From Candidatus Nomurabacteria bacterium (lineage in GTDB: Bacteria; Patescibacteriota; Minisyncoccia; Phycocordibacterales; UBA9973): 64,000 nucleotides of DNA. The position numbers and the translations under genes were made by a program. The notes below the pieces were generated by a model. The model did not search any database. It was not told the DNA's origin and was given only the letters and a program-made list of their open reading frames with translations. Of this stretch, positions 19,778-30,103 are shown in pieces; position 1 is the stretch's first letter; every line of letters begins with the position of its first letter. The DNA lies in NCBI GenBank assembly GCA_020845875.1, contig JADLEY010000009.1, positions 3,907 through 67,906 on the forward strand, in the 5' to 3' direction.

Positions 19778-22700
19778 ATGGCGAAGACCAAAGACCATTC
19801 GGCGACTACAGCGCGTCCGAAAAAGTATTTTTCTAAGTACAAGAAACCACTGGTAGAATTTCCTAATCTTATCCAGCACCAGCTCGACTCATTTAACTGG
19901 TTTATCGAAAAAGGACTCAAGGAGGCATTCAAGGAGTTTACCCCTATCTACGATTATTCAGGCAAGAAATTTCAACTCGATTTCGTCTCGTTCCATCTCA
20001 CACAACCCAAAATCGACGAACACTACGCCAAAGAAAACAAGCTTTCTCTCGAAGTGCAGCTCAAGGCGCGCGTGAAGCTCACCAACAAGCAAAACGGCTC
20101 TGAAAAGGAGCAGGAGATTTTCATGACGGATATCCCGGTCATGACGAGTCACGGCACCTTCATCATCAACGGTGTGGAGCGCTCTATCATCCCGCAGCTC
20201 TCCCGTTCATCGGGTGTCTTTTTCACCGAACTTGATATCAAAGGCAAGCGCTACTTTGGAGCAAAGATTATCCCCAACCGCGGGGTATGGATCGAGATAG
20301 CGTCAGAAGCAGACGGTACGGTACAGGTGCGCATCGACAAGAAGCGCAAGTTCCCTGTGACGACGCTTCTGCGGGCGCTCGGCCTCACTAGTGATGAGGA
20401 CATCAAAAAGCACTTCAAGGGCGAGCAGCTCGAAAAGGCAATCGCGCACTGCATCGAAAAGGACCCGTCCAAGACGCAGGATGATGCCTTTGTCGAAATC
20501 TACCGCAAGCTCCGCGATGGCGACCTCGCGACCGCAGAAAACGCACGCGAATTTGTCCAAAACCTTTTCGGTGAAGAGCGCTACGACCTCTCTGCGGTCG
20601 GCCGCTTCCGCTTCAACCGCCGCTTCTCGCTCGATATGAGCGACAAAGAGATGGAGCGCAAGACGCTCTCTGCTGCCGACATTGCTATTATCGTCGCGCA
20701 GGTACTCACGCTCAACCACACTCCCGGCTCGCGCGGAGATGATATCGACGACCTCTCCAGTCGCCGCGTGCGTTTTGTTGGAGAAATGCTTCAGCAAAAG
20801 GTGTACGTCGGACTCACTCAAATCAAACGCAATGTGCAGGATCGCATGTCTACTATCGACGCTGCAGGAGCACTCCCAATACAGGTGGTCAACCAGCGTC
20901 CGTTGCAGGCACGCATCAAGGAATTCTTTACGACCAACCAGCTCTCTCAGTTTATGAACCAAGAAAATCTTCTTGCCGAGCTTGAAGAACTCCGCACGCT
21001 CTCTGCGCTTGGTCCAGGAGGATTGTCCCGCGAACGCGCAACACTCGAAGTGCGCGACGTGCACCCAAGTCATTACGGTCGTGTCTGCCCGATTCATACA
21101 CCAGAAGGTCCAAACATTGGACTCATCTTGCGCATGTCTATCTACGCGCGCATCAATGATTTTGGTATCATCGAGACGCCATACATGAAGGTGGCAAATG
21201 GCAAACTCACTGGAGAAATCGTTTATCTCAATGCTGCAGAAGAAGCGCAGAAAGTCATTGCGCACGCAAGCACTGCGTATGATAAGGATGGGAATCTGCC
21301 AGCGCAGGTAGAGGCACGTATCAAGACCAGTCCTGGTATTGTTCCGAAAAAGGAAGTTGAGCTTATTGATGTGGCTCCTAACCAGGCGTTTTCACTTGCG
21401 ACTTCGATGGTACCGTTTCTTGAGCACAACGACGCAAACCGTGCGCTCATGGGAAGTAACATGCAAAAGCAAGCAGTACCAGTCATTCGTCCAGAAGCTC
21501 CGCTCGTGGCGACCGGTATCGAAGAGGTAGCAGCACCGTATTCAGGGCGCCTCATTCTCGCCGACGAAGCAGGAGAAGTAACCTATGTTGATGCGGCAAA
21601 GATTAAGGTAAAGGGAGACAAAAGCGGCAAGGAGCATACCTATCCTCTTGTTACTTTCCAGCGCACCAACCAATTCAATTCATTCCACCAACGGCCAGTC
21701 GTATCAGTCGGACAAAAAGTGAAGAAAGGAGAACTTCTCGGAGACACTTCGACTACCGACAATGGACAAATCGCACTGGGACAAAACATGCGCGTTGCAT
21801 TTATGTCCTGGAGCGGGGCAAACTTCGAAGACGCGATCATTCTCTCAGAGCGCCTTATCAAAGATTCCAAGTTTACCTCCATTTATATTGCAGAATTCAC
21901 TTGTGTTGTGCGCGACACCAAGCTTGGTGCGGAGGTGACTACTCGTGATATCCCTAATGTTGGTGAAGCACGGCTCAAAGATCTTGATGAAGACGGTATC
22001 ATCCGCGTCGGCGCTGAGGTGAAAGAGGGCGACATCCTTGTGGGCAAGATTACGCCAAAGGGTGAGACGGAGCTCACCCCAGAAGAGCGCCTCCTGCGTT
22101 CTATCTTTGCTGAAAAGGCACGTGATGTAAAAGATACTTCACTCAAGATGGATCATGGCAAGCGCGGTCGCATCATTCGCGTCAAGGTGTTTTCTCGTGA
22201 CCAGGGACACAATCTCGAAAGTGGCGTTATCAAGAAGGTTGTGGTCGAAGTGGCACAGCTGCGCAACATCTCCGTCGGAGACAAGCTAGCGGGACGTCAT
22301 GGAAATAAAGGTGTCATTTCAGTGGTGCTTCCCGAAGAAGATATGCCGTACATGGCAGATGGCACGGCAGTAGATGTGGTACTTACGCCGCTTGGTGTTC
22401 CAAGTCGTATGAATCTCGGACAAATTTTGGAGCTCCATCTTGGACTCGCTGCAAACGAGCTAGGTTACCAAGCAATTGTGCCGCCGTTTAGTGGTGCAAC
22501 CGATGCTGAGATCAAGGAAGAGCTTGCAAAGGCAGGCTTCCCAGAGACTGGTCGTGTACCGCTCTTTGATGGGCGCACAGGAGAGAAGTTCGAACAAGAC
22601 ATTGCAGTGGGGTACATGTATATCTTGAAACTGCACCACATGGTAGAGGACAAGATCCACATGCGCTCAATTGGTCCCTACAGTCTTATCACCCAGCAGC

Positions 22701-22990
22701 CGTTGGGAGGAAAGGCTCAAGGTGGGGGTCAGCGCTTCGGAGAAATGGAGGTGTGGGCGCTCGAAGGATACGGTGCATCGCACATCCTTCGCGAAATGCT
22801 CACGATTAAGTCTGACGATATTCTCGGACGTGCAGCAACCTTTGATTCTATTATCAAGAGCGAACCGATTCGCGATCCAAATATTCCGGCATCGTTTTCG
22901 GTCATGTTGAATTATCTCCGTGGATTGGCGCTCGATGTAGACTTGCAGCGCACAGAGGTCGAAGCTGCCGCAGAGCAAATTGAAGCATAA
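19778..22990 (+). CDS. rpoB: RNA polymerase beta subunit
   Basis: GDKLAGRHGNKG, GGQRFGEMEVWALE, RALMGSNMQKQA. Confidence 0.98.
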   Translation: MAKTKDHSATTARPKKYFSKYKKPLVEFPNLIQHQLDSFNWFIEKGLKEAFKEFTPIYDYSGKKFQLDFVSFHLTQPKIDEHYAKENKLSLEVQLKARVKLTNKQNGSEKEQEIFMTDIPVMTSHGTFIINGVERSIIPQLSRSSGVFFTELDIKGKRYFGAKIIPNRGVWIEIASEADGTVQVRIDKKRKFPVTTLLRALGLTSDEDIKKHFKGEQLEKAIAHCIEKDPSKTQDDAFVEIYRKLRDGDLATAENAREFVQNLFGEERYDLSAVGRFRFNRRFSLDMSDKEMERKTLSAADIAIIVAQVLTLNHTPGSRGDDIDDLSSRRVRFVGEMLQQKVYVGLTQIKRNVQDRMSTIDAAGALPIQVVNQRPLQARIKEFFTTNQLSQFMNQENLLAELEELRTLSALGPGGLSRERATLEVRDVHPSHYGRVCPIHTPEGPNIGLILRMSIYARINDFGIIETPYMKVANGKLTGEIVYLNAAEEAQKVIAHASTAYDKDGNLPAQVEARIKTSPGIVPKKEVELIDVAPNQAFSLATSMVPFLEHNDANRALMGSNMQKQAVPVIRPEAPLVATGIEEVAAPYSGRLILADEAGEVTYVDAAKIKVKGDKSGKEHTYPLVTFQRTNQFNSFHQRPVVSVGQKVKKGELLGDTSTTDNGQIALGQNMRVAFMSWSGANFEDAIILSERLIKDSKFTSIYIAEFTCVVRDTKLGAEVTTRDIPNVGEARLKDLDEDGIIRVGAEVKEGDILVGKITPKGETELTPEERLLRSIFAEKARDVKDTSLKMDHGKRGRIIRVKVFSRDQGHNLESGVIKKVVVEVAQLRNISVGDKLAGRHGNKGVISVVLPEEDMPYMADGTAVDVVLTPLGVPSRMNLGQILELHLGLAANELGYQAIVPPFSGATDAEIKEELAKAGFPETGRVPLFDGRTGEKFEQDIAVGYMYILKLHHMVEDKIHMRSIGPYSLITQQPLGGKAQGGGQRFGEMEVWALEGYGASHILREMLTIKSDDILGRAATFDSIIKSEPIRDPNIPASFSVMLNYLRGLALDVDLQRTEVEAAAEQIEA

Positions 22991-23026
22991 ACATCTCTCA
23001 CTACTCATCATTCATTATCTATTCTT

Positions 23027-26000
23027 ATGAAAACACTCGACACTACCAATTTTGATTCCATCACACTCAAACTCGCAAGCCCCGATCGCATTCGCGAGTG
23101 GAGCTATGGAGAAGTCACCAAGCCGGAAACTATCAACTACCGTACCGGCCGCTCTGAGCGCGGCGGTCTCTTTGACGAGCGCATCTTCGGTCCTGAAAAA
23201 GACTACGAATGCTACTGTGGGAAATACAAGCGCATTCGCTACGCAGGCATCACCTGTGAAAAGTGTGGCGTAGAAGTCACCAAAGCAATCGTTCGTCGTG
23301 AGCGCATGGGACATATCGAGCTCGCGTCTCCTGTCGCACACATCTGGTTCCTCCGTAGCGTACCGAGCCGCATGTCGACTCTTCTCGGTATTTCTCTTAC
23401 TGATCTCGAGAAGGTAGTGTACTTCGCTGGGTATATCATTACTGCAGTGCACGAAGAAGAAAAGACTCGCATTATTGCTGAGCTTGATGTGGAGTTTAAA
23501 AACAAACTCAAAAATGCTGCTGATGAAGATACTCGCGAAAAACTCCGCACACTTCTGTCCAATACCAAAAAAGAAATTGCAGAGATTCACATCGGAAAAG
23601 TATTGACTGAAATTGCATATCATCACTATTCGCTTAAATATGGAAGCGCATTTGAAGCAAATATCGGCGCAGAAGCAATCTACAGCCTCTTCAAGAATAT
23701 GAATCTTGAAGCACTCAAAGATGCTACAGAAAAAGCACTTGAAAAAGCAGGTGCCGCAGATCGCGAAAAGCTCCAAAAACGCCTATCGCTTATCCGTTCG
23801 ATGCTCTACGCAAATATTCGTCCAGAATGGATGCTCCTGACAGCTGTTCCTGTGATTCCTCCGGGACTGCGTCCGATGGTGGCGCTCGAAGGCGGTCGTC
23901 ATGCAACATCAGATGTCAACGACCTCTATCGTCGCGTCATAAACCGCAATAATCGTCTCAAGAAGCTCAAAGAAATTGGCGCCCCTGATGTGATTCTTCG
24001 CAATGAGAAGCGTATTCTACAGGAAGCAGTCGATGCACTCATCGACAACTCTGCAGCAGGGCAAGACGCTCCAGCGATGTCTTCGGCACAGCGCCGCGCA
24101 CTCAAGAGTCTCTCTGACAGCCTTAAGAGTAAACAGGGTCTCTTCCGTCAAAACCTCCTTGGTAAACGTGTCGACTACTCTGGTCGTTCCGTGATTGTTG
24201 TCGGTCCAAACCTCCGTCTCAATCAGTGTGGGCTTCCCAAGCATATGGCTCTCGAACTCTTTCGTCCGTTTGTTATCTCAAAGGTCATCGAGCGTGAGCT
24301 CGCGTACAACATCCGTGGTGCAAATAAACTCATCGAAGACGGCATCCCAGAAGTCTGGGCAATTCTCGAAGAAGTGATCAAAGGCAAGTATGTGCTTCTC
24401 AACCGCGCACCAACACTTCACCGACTCGGTATTCAGGGATTCATGCCAGTCCTCATTGAAGGAAATGCGATTCAGGTACACCCACTCGTCTGCCCTGCGT
24501 TTAATGCTGACTTCGACGGTGACCAGATGGGAGTCTATGTTCCGCTCTCTGATACGGCACAGGCAGAAGCGGCAACACTCATCTCTGCTGATAAAAATAT
24601 CTTGAAGCCTCAAAATGGTGATCCGATTGTTTCATCAAAAATGTTGGATATCGTCCTCGGTTGCTACTGGATGACTTCACAGATTGAAGGAGAAAAAGGA
24701 GAGGGAATGTATTTTGCAAGTCCCAACGAAGCGATCACTGCGACTGACTTCGGTGCAGTATCTTATCGCGCAAAGATTTCTGTATTGGGTACTGAGAGTG
24801 AAAAGTATGCATACTTCGAAAAGAAGCCGTTTGAAACAACTGTTGGACGACTCCTTTTCAATGCGATCATGCCAAGCGATTTTCCGTATATCAACGAAGA
24901 AATCACTTCGAAAAAGATGGTAGTCATTGTAGATAACCTCATTGTGAAGTATGGCGTTGATCGTGTTGCGCCGATCCTCGATCGCATGAAATCGTTTGGG
25001 TATAAGTACGCGACTATTTCTGGAACAACGTGGGGTATCGACAACGTGATTGTTCCGAAAGAGAAAAAAGAAATCGTACAGAAATATCGCGCACAGGAAG
25101 CAGAAGTCAAAGAACAGTTCCAAGACGGTCTTCTCTCAGAAGAAGAGCGCTATCAGAAAGTCATCACTATTTGGGAAAAAGCAAAGAGTGAAATTGAAAA
25201 GATTCTTCCAGAAAGTCTCGAAAAGCACGGCTCTGTGCACGATATGATTGTATCGGGCGCTCGAGGATCTATCTCAAATGTGACGCAGATGGTAGGAATG
25301 AAAGGACTCATCCAAAACACTACTGGTCGCACTATCGACTTCCCAATTATTCCATCGTTCAAGGAAGGACTCTCTCCGATCGAATACTTCATCACCACTC
25401 ACGGTTCGCGTAAGGGTCTCGCCGACACAGCGCTCAACACTGCTCGCGCCGGCTATCTCACTCGTCGTCTCGTCGATGTGGCACAGGATTTGGTGGTGAC
25501 CGAAGATGATTGTGGTACCAAAGCAATGAAAATCATGACTCGGGAAAATATTTCTGGTCTTGAGATCCCGCTTGCAAAAAATATTCGCGGTCGTGTCCTC
25601 GCAAAAGAAATAACTGATGAAAAAGGAGTGCTTCTCTTTAAAAAGGGCCATCTCGTTAGTAAGGAGGATGCTGCGCTTATCGAGAAAAGTGGGGTGACCG
25701 AAGTCGCGGTACGTACTCCAATGACCTGTAAGACGATCTACGGTATCTGTCGCATGTGTTACGGTCTTGACCTCGGACGCAATCGTCTCGTTGAGCGTGG
25801 AGAGTCTGTCGGTATCGTTGCAGCCCAAGCTATCGGTGAGCCGGGTACTCAGCTCACACTTCGTACCTTCCACGCCGGTGGCGTGGCAGGTGTGGATATC
25901 ACCCAAGGTCTTCCTCGTGTCGAAGAAATCTTTGAATGTCGTGAGGTGAAAAATCCTGCAGTGGTAGCAAAGTATTCCGGTACTGTTGCTGAAATTAAAA

Positions 26001-26647
26001 ATGACAATGGCGAACGCGCGATTGTTGTACTCTCAGAAAAATCAGAAACCAAGAAAGACAGTATGGAATATGCTCTTCCAGTGCGTCGTATCCCTATCGT
26101 CAAAGTAGGCGAAGTGGTCGTCAAAGGACAGCTCCTCACTGACGGTTCGGCAAACATCAAAGATGTCTACGAATACGGCGGACGCGAAATGGCAGAAGAC
26201 TACATCATCAAGGAAATCAACAAGGTGTACGAATTGCAGGGCGCCTCTATCGCTCGCAAGCACCTCGAAATCATCATCCGTCAGATGTTCTCTCGCCGCA
26301 AAATCAAGGAAGCAGGCGACAGCTCATTCTCTCCAGGGGATGTGGTAGAAGTCACCGAGCTCCTCGAAGAAAATAACCGCATGAAAGAGATGGGGCTTCG
26401 CGAGGCAAAGGCAGATCTCATCATTCTCGGTATTACCCAAACAGCACTCCATGCAAAGAGCTGGATTTCTGCAGCGTCATTCCAAAACACCAATCGCGTG
26501 CTCATCCAAAACGCAGTGAAGGGCGGTGTGGATACACTCCGTGGATTGAAGGAAAATGTTACTGTCGGACGTCTTATCCCCGCAGGTACCGGCTTCCGCG
26601 ATCGCAAGGCGCTCAAAGTTAACGACATCAAGCGCGACGACGAATAG
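23027..26647 (+). CDS. rpoC: RNA polymerase beta' subunit
   Basis: NADFDGDQM, KPETINYRT, GKRVDYSGRSVI. Confidence 0.98.
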   Translation: MKTLDTTNFDSITLKLASPDRIREWSYGEVTKPETINYRTGRSERGGLFDERIFGPEKDYECYCGKYKRIRYAGITCEKCGVEVTKAIVRRERMGHIELASPVAHIWFLRSVPSRMSTLLGISLTDLEKVVYFAGYIITAVHEEEKTRIIAELDVEFKNKLKNAADEDTREKLRTLLSNTKKEIAEIHIGKVLTEIAYHHYSLKYGSAFEANIGAEAIYSLFKNMNLEALKDATEKALEKAGAADREKLQKRLSLIRSMLYANIRPEWMLLTAVPVIPPGLRPMVALEGGRHATSDVNDLYRRVINRNNRLKKLKEIGAPDVILRNEKRILQEAVDALIDNSAAGQDAPAMSSAQRRALKSLSDSLKSKQGLFRQNLLGKRVDYSGRSVIVVGPNLRLNQCGLPKHMALELFRPFVISKVIERELAYNIRGANKLIEDGIPEVWAILEEVIKGKYVLLNRAPTLHRLGIQGFMPVLIEGNAIQVHPLVCPAFNADFDGDQMGVYVPLSDTAQAEAATLISADKNILKPQNGDPIVSSKMLDIVLGCYWMTSQIEGEKGEGMYFASPNEAITATDFGAVSYRAKISVLGTESEKYAYFEKKPFETTVGRLLFNAIMPSDFPYINEEITSKKMVVIVDNLIVKYGVDRVAPILDRMKSFGYKYATISGTTWGIDNVIVPKEKKEIVQKYRAQEAEVKEQFQDGLLSEEERYQKVITIWEKAKSEIEKILPESLEKHGSVHDMIVSGARGSISNVTQMVGMKGLIQNTTGRTIDFPIIPSFKEGLSPIEYFITTHGSRKGLADTALNTARAGYLTRRLVDVAQDLVVTEDDCGTKAMKIMTRENISGLEIPLAKNIRGRVLAKEITDEKGVLLFKKGHLVSKEDAALIEKSGVTEVAVRTPMTCKTIYGICRMCYGLDLGRNRLVERGESVGIVAAQAIGEPGTQLTLRTFHAGGVAGVDITQGLPRVEEIFECREVKNPAVVAKYSGTVAEIKNDNGERAIVVLSEKSETKKDSMEYALPVRRIPIVKVGEVVVKGQLLTDGSANIKDVYEYGGREMAEDYIIKEINKVYELQGASIARKHLEIIIRQMFSRRKIKEAGDSSFSPGDVVEVTELLEENNRMKEMGLREAKADLIILGITQTALHAKSWISAASFQNTNRVLIQNAVKGGVDTLRGLKENVTVGRLIPAGTGFRDRKALKVNDIKRDDE

Positions 26648-26666
26648 TCGCACCTACTTTCGATAA

Positions 26667-26702
26667 CCCTAAAAATCCCCTGGGAACAGGGGATTTTTAG
26701 GT
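26667..26702 (+). terminator. Intrinsic terminator after rpoC
   Basis: CCTAAAAATCCCCTG-GGAA-CAGGGGATTTTTAGG hairpin. Confidence 0.8.
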
Positions 26703-26739
26703 GCTTGACAAGAATATGAATATTTGCTATACTCTTCTC

Positions 26740-26905
26740 AAGTTCATCAATATTTCCTCGTGTTTCAGAAAGAGAACCGCAAAAGGCAATATTGTACATT
26801 GAATTACGCTGATTGAGCTTTTACTCAATCGAACGGCCTTGGCGGAGCAATAATTCGCGAGAATCTTTCAACCTTAACCCCCATACCTTTTGTATGGGGG
26901 TTTCT
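26740..26905 (+). ncRNA. Candidate structured small RNA of unknown family
   Basis: TTGACA-N17-TATACT promoter (26705-26733), no ATG-initiated ORF, internal stems, terminator hairpin 26876-26902 followed by a T-rich tract. Confidence 0.5.
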
Positions 26906-26952
26906 CTTCTTTTTGACTTCCGGCGGGCAATTCTCTACTATCTAGCTTACTG

Positions 26953-28677
26953 ATGAACTCCATTGTTGACCAAATCAAAGAGCGGCTGCCTATCACAGAT
27001 GTGCTGGGCTCCTACATCACACTTATTCCAGGAGGGAAACAGTACAAAGCCCGCTGCCCTTTCCACAATGAGCGCACACCGTCCTTTTCGGTCTCTCCCG
27101 ACCGCGGCTTTTACTACTGCTTCGGCTGCGGCGCCAAGGGCGACATCTTCACTTTTGTGCAGGAGTTTGAAGGACTCGATTTCAACGGCGCGCTCAAGGT
27201 ACTCGCACAGCGCGCGGGGGTAGAGCTAACCCGCCGCGACCAAAGGAGGGAAGAGACGAGTGAACTCTATGAATGCCTTGAGGCAGCGGCTACGCGCTAC
27301 CAGCTCCAGCTCGGCCGCAATAGCGAAGCGCTTGCGTATCTAGAAAAGCGCGGACTTTCCAGGGAGACCATTGAGCAGTTTCGCCTCGGCTATGCACCTG
27401 ATGAGTGGCGATTTGTCGCCGACGCCTGCAAAGATGAAAAAGAGCGCCGCATTGCTGAGCGTGCAGGGCTTATCAAACGACCGGAAGGAGGAGATAAAGA
27501 GAAGCGTCCGTACGACCGCTTCCGTGGGAGAATTATGTTCCCACTCGCGGACGCAAGCGGACGAGTGGTCGGATTTTCAGGGCGTATCTTTCCAGAAGCT
27601 CCAGAAGGGCCGAAATATCTCAATAGTCCCGAAACAGAAGTTTTTCATAAGTCAAAAGTGCTCTACGGCTTCGACAAGGCAAAGGGGGCTATCAAAAAAG
27701 CAGGATTTTCTATTCTCGTTGAGGGGCAGATGGACTTGCTGCTCTCGCATCAGTCGGGGTTCAAAAATACGGTTGCTACTTCTGGGACTGCTATCTCTGA
27801 ACCAGTGGTAGGGGAAGCAACCAATATGACCGTACTCTCGCGGCTCTCGCCCAATATCCTCTTTGCGTTCGATGGCGATGAGGCGGGGCAAAAGGCACTC
27901 ACGCGCGCAGCACTCGTTGCACTCTCGCTTAGTATGAATCCGCGCGTCGTGTCGCTCCCCGAGGGGGTAGATCCTGCAGAGTATCTGCTGACTGAAGGAG
28001 GAGAGAAATGGAAGGCGCAGCTCGCACATAATACGCATTTCATTCTCTATCAGGCACAGGCGATACGCCACAAAGGGCTCTCGCCGCACCTTTTTGTACA
28101 AGCGCTTCGTGCAGAGGTCTTCCCATTTATTTCGCGTATTCCGTCTCCCATAGAGCAGCAGCTCCATGTAGAGACAGTCGCAAAAGAGCTCTCACTGGAG
28201 CGCTCCGATCTTATCAAAGAGCTAGAGCTCTTTGTCGCGCAGCAACCAGCACTCACGATGCAAAGTGAGGCACCACAAGAGCATCAGACAGACTCCGTGG
28301 CGCTCTCGCCGAGCGAGCGGTATGCGGCATTTGCGCTACGCTTCCCCGAAGCGGTTGCAGAGCAGGGGGCAGAGGAGAGCGATATATTTTCTTTCGATAC
28401 TTTTACTGAATCACCGCGCACACTCGCCGACGAACGTAGAGACCTTGCACTCGCGCTGATTGAGCAGGACTATAGTGTGCTCAACGCGGCACAGGAGCAA
28501 CTACTCGCTGCGCGTGAATTGCGAAAAAAAGCGTATGAGGCATTTCTGTTGAGAGTGCACAGCGCGCTCTCTCGTGCACTGCGAGAGGCAGAGCGCGCAG
28601 AAGACGAAAAAGAGACAGCGCGCCTTTTGGGGGCGCTGGCACAGCTCCATACTGTCCGTGCTGCTGCCGAGGCGTGA
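26953..28677 (+). CDS. dnaG: DNA primase
   Basis: CPFH..CFGC zinc finger, KYLNSPET, VEGQMD, FDGDEAG (TOPRIM). Confidence 0.95.
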   Translation: MNSIVDQIKERLPITDVLGSYITLIPGGKQYKARCPFHNERTPSFSVSPDRGFYYCFGCGAKGDIFTFVQEFEGLDFNGALKVLAQRAGVELTRRDQRREETSELYECLEAAATRYQLQLGRNSEALAYLEKRGLSRETIEQFRLGYAPDEWRFVADACKDEKERRIAERAGLIKRPEGGDKEKRPYDRFRGRIMFPLADASGRVVGFSGRIFPEAPEGPKYLNSPETEVFHKSKVLYGFDKAKGAIKKAGFSILVEGQMDLLLSHQSGFKNTVATSGTAISEPVVGEATNMTVLSRLSPNILFAFDGDEAGQKALTRAALVALSLSMNPRVVSLPEGVDPAEYLLTEGGEKWKAQLAHNTHFILYQAQAIRHKGLSPHLFVQALRAEVFPFISRIPSPIEQQLHVETVAKELSLERSDLIKELELFVAQQPALTMQSEAPQEHQTDSVALSPSERYAAFALRFPEAVAEQGAEESDIFSFDTFTESPRTLADERRDLALALIEQDYSVLNAAQEQLLAARELRKKAYEAFLLRVHSALSRALREAERAEDEKETARLLGALAQLHTVRAAAEA

Positions 28678-28720
28678 TTGACTTTTACCGTCATTTCGTC
28701 CATTATCATACCCATTGGCT

Positions 28721-30046
28721 ATGCCAAAGAAGACACAGAATTCAAAAAAGAAGAAGGAACTGAAGAAGCGCCCTAGTGCGCCAAAGAAGAAGGGAGCAAA
28801 GAAAACTGTTGCCCCGAAGAAAAAGCCAGCTGCAAAGAAGCGCAGCACTCCAGTAAAGAAGAAGTCCGTTGCCAAGAAGGCGCCGGCAAAAGCTTCAAAA
28901 AAACCAAAAACAAAACCCAAGCCGATTACGATCAAGCCGGCAGGCTCTTCGTCGCGCCGCGAGGCAAACATGGAGAAGCGTCTCAAGGATCTTGAGGTCA
29001 AGTCCGAAGAGTTGATCGCAAAGGGCAAGAAGCGTGGCTTCATCACCTACGATGAAATATTGAAGGCGTTTCCTGATATCGAGAACAACATCATGTTCCT
29101 CGATGAGCTGTATGAGCGTATGTCAGTCGCTGAGATTGATGTGCTCGAGGGCGGCAACCTTCTTGATATAGATCATAGTGCTGATCTGTCCAAGTACACG
29201 CGCGATAGCCACAGCTACAGCTCTGTACAGATGTATCTCAAGGATATTGGTCAGTACCCGCTCATCAATGCCGCACAAGAAAAGGAGCTCGCTCGCCGTA
29301 TCGTCGCAGGAGATGACGAAGCAAAAAATCTCCTCGCTCGTTCCAATCTGCGCCTTGTGGTCTCGATCGCCAAGAAGTATGCCAATCGCACCGCAGATCT
29401 GACGCTCCTCGACCTTATCCAAGAGGGGAACATCGGACTCTTCAAAGCGGTGGAAAAGTTTGACCACACCAAAGGCTTCAAGTTTTCCACCTACGCGACA
29501 TGGTGGATTCGTCAGTCCATCACCCGTGCACTTGCCGATCAGAGCCGCACTATCCGTATCCCTGTGCATATGGTGGAGACCATCTCCAAGTACAAGCAGG
29601 TGATGCGTCGCTTAGCGCAAGATCTCGGACGCGACCCGCTTGCCGAAGAAATCGCCAACGAAATGGGTATTGAAGTAGAAAAGGTGCATGTCATTGAGCA
29701 GATCAACCAAGAGACGCGCTCACTCGAGCAGCCGATTGGCGATGACGACGACAAATCAACTTTTGGCGAGTTTATTCCTGATGAAAAGATTCTCCGTCCC
29801 GACCAAGAGGCGAGCCGCCGCATGCTTACCGACGCTATCAGGAGCGTACTCGACGAGCTCTCTCCGAAGGAGAAGCGTATCCTCGAGATGCGCTACGGCC
29901 TCATTGATGGCGTGCAGCACACGCTCGAAGAAGTGGGCAAGGAATTTGGCGTGACGCGCGAGCGTATCCGTCAGATCGAAGCCAAGGTGCACGAGAAGCT
30001 TCGCCAGAGCGACCGCATCCAGCGCCTCCGCAATTATTTTGATTAA
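28721..30046 (+). CDS. rpoD: Primary sigma factor RpoD with Lys/Ala/Pro-rich N-terminus
   Basis: NLRLVVSIAKKY, DLIQEGNIGL, FSTYATWWIRQ, TRERIRQIE. Confidence 0.95.
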   Translation: MPKKTQNSKKKKELKKRPSAPKKKGAKKTVAPKKKPAAKKRSTPVKKKSVAKKAPAKASKKPKTKPKPITIKPAGSSSRREANMEKRLKDLEVKSEELIAKGKKRGFITYDEILKAFPDIENNIMFLDELYERMSVAEIDVLEGGNLLDIDHSADLSKYTRDSHSYSSVQMYLKDIGQYPLINAAQEKELARRIVAGDDEAKNLLARSNLRLVVSIAKKYANRTADLTLLDLIQEGNIGLFKAVEKFDHTKGFKFSTYATWWIRQSITRALADQSRTIRIPVHMVETISKYKQVMRRLAQDLGRDPLAEEIANEMGIEVEKVHVIEQINQETRSLEQPIGDDDDKSTFGEFIPDEKILRPDQEASRRMLTDAIRSVLDELSPKEKRILEMRYGLIDGVQHTLEEVGKEFGVTRERIRQIEAKVHEKLRQSDRIQRLRNYFD

Positions 30047-30057
30047 CATTAAAGCAG

Positions 30058-30087
30058 TAAAAAATCCCTCATCTGAGGGATTTTTTA
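30058..30087 (+). terminator. Bidirectional terminator between rpoD and the DsbA-like gene
   Basis: TAAAAAATCCCTCA-TC-TGAGGGATTTTTTA. Confidence 0.75.
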
Positions 30088-30103
30088 CATCGCGAGTTTT
30101 CGT

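Noticed and set aside
26800-26860. Hammerhead ribozyme (CTGAT..GA..CGAA)
   Set aside because: The core does not match CUGANGA/GAAA spacing
28721-28970. Histone-H1-like Lys/Ala/Pro tract in RpoD
   Set aside because: Low-complexity N-termini are common in primary sigma factors of several phyla
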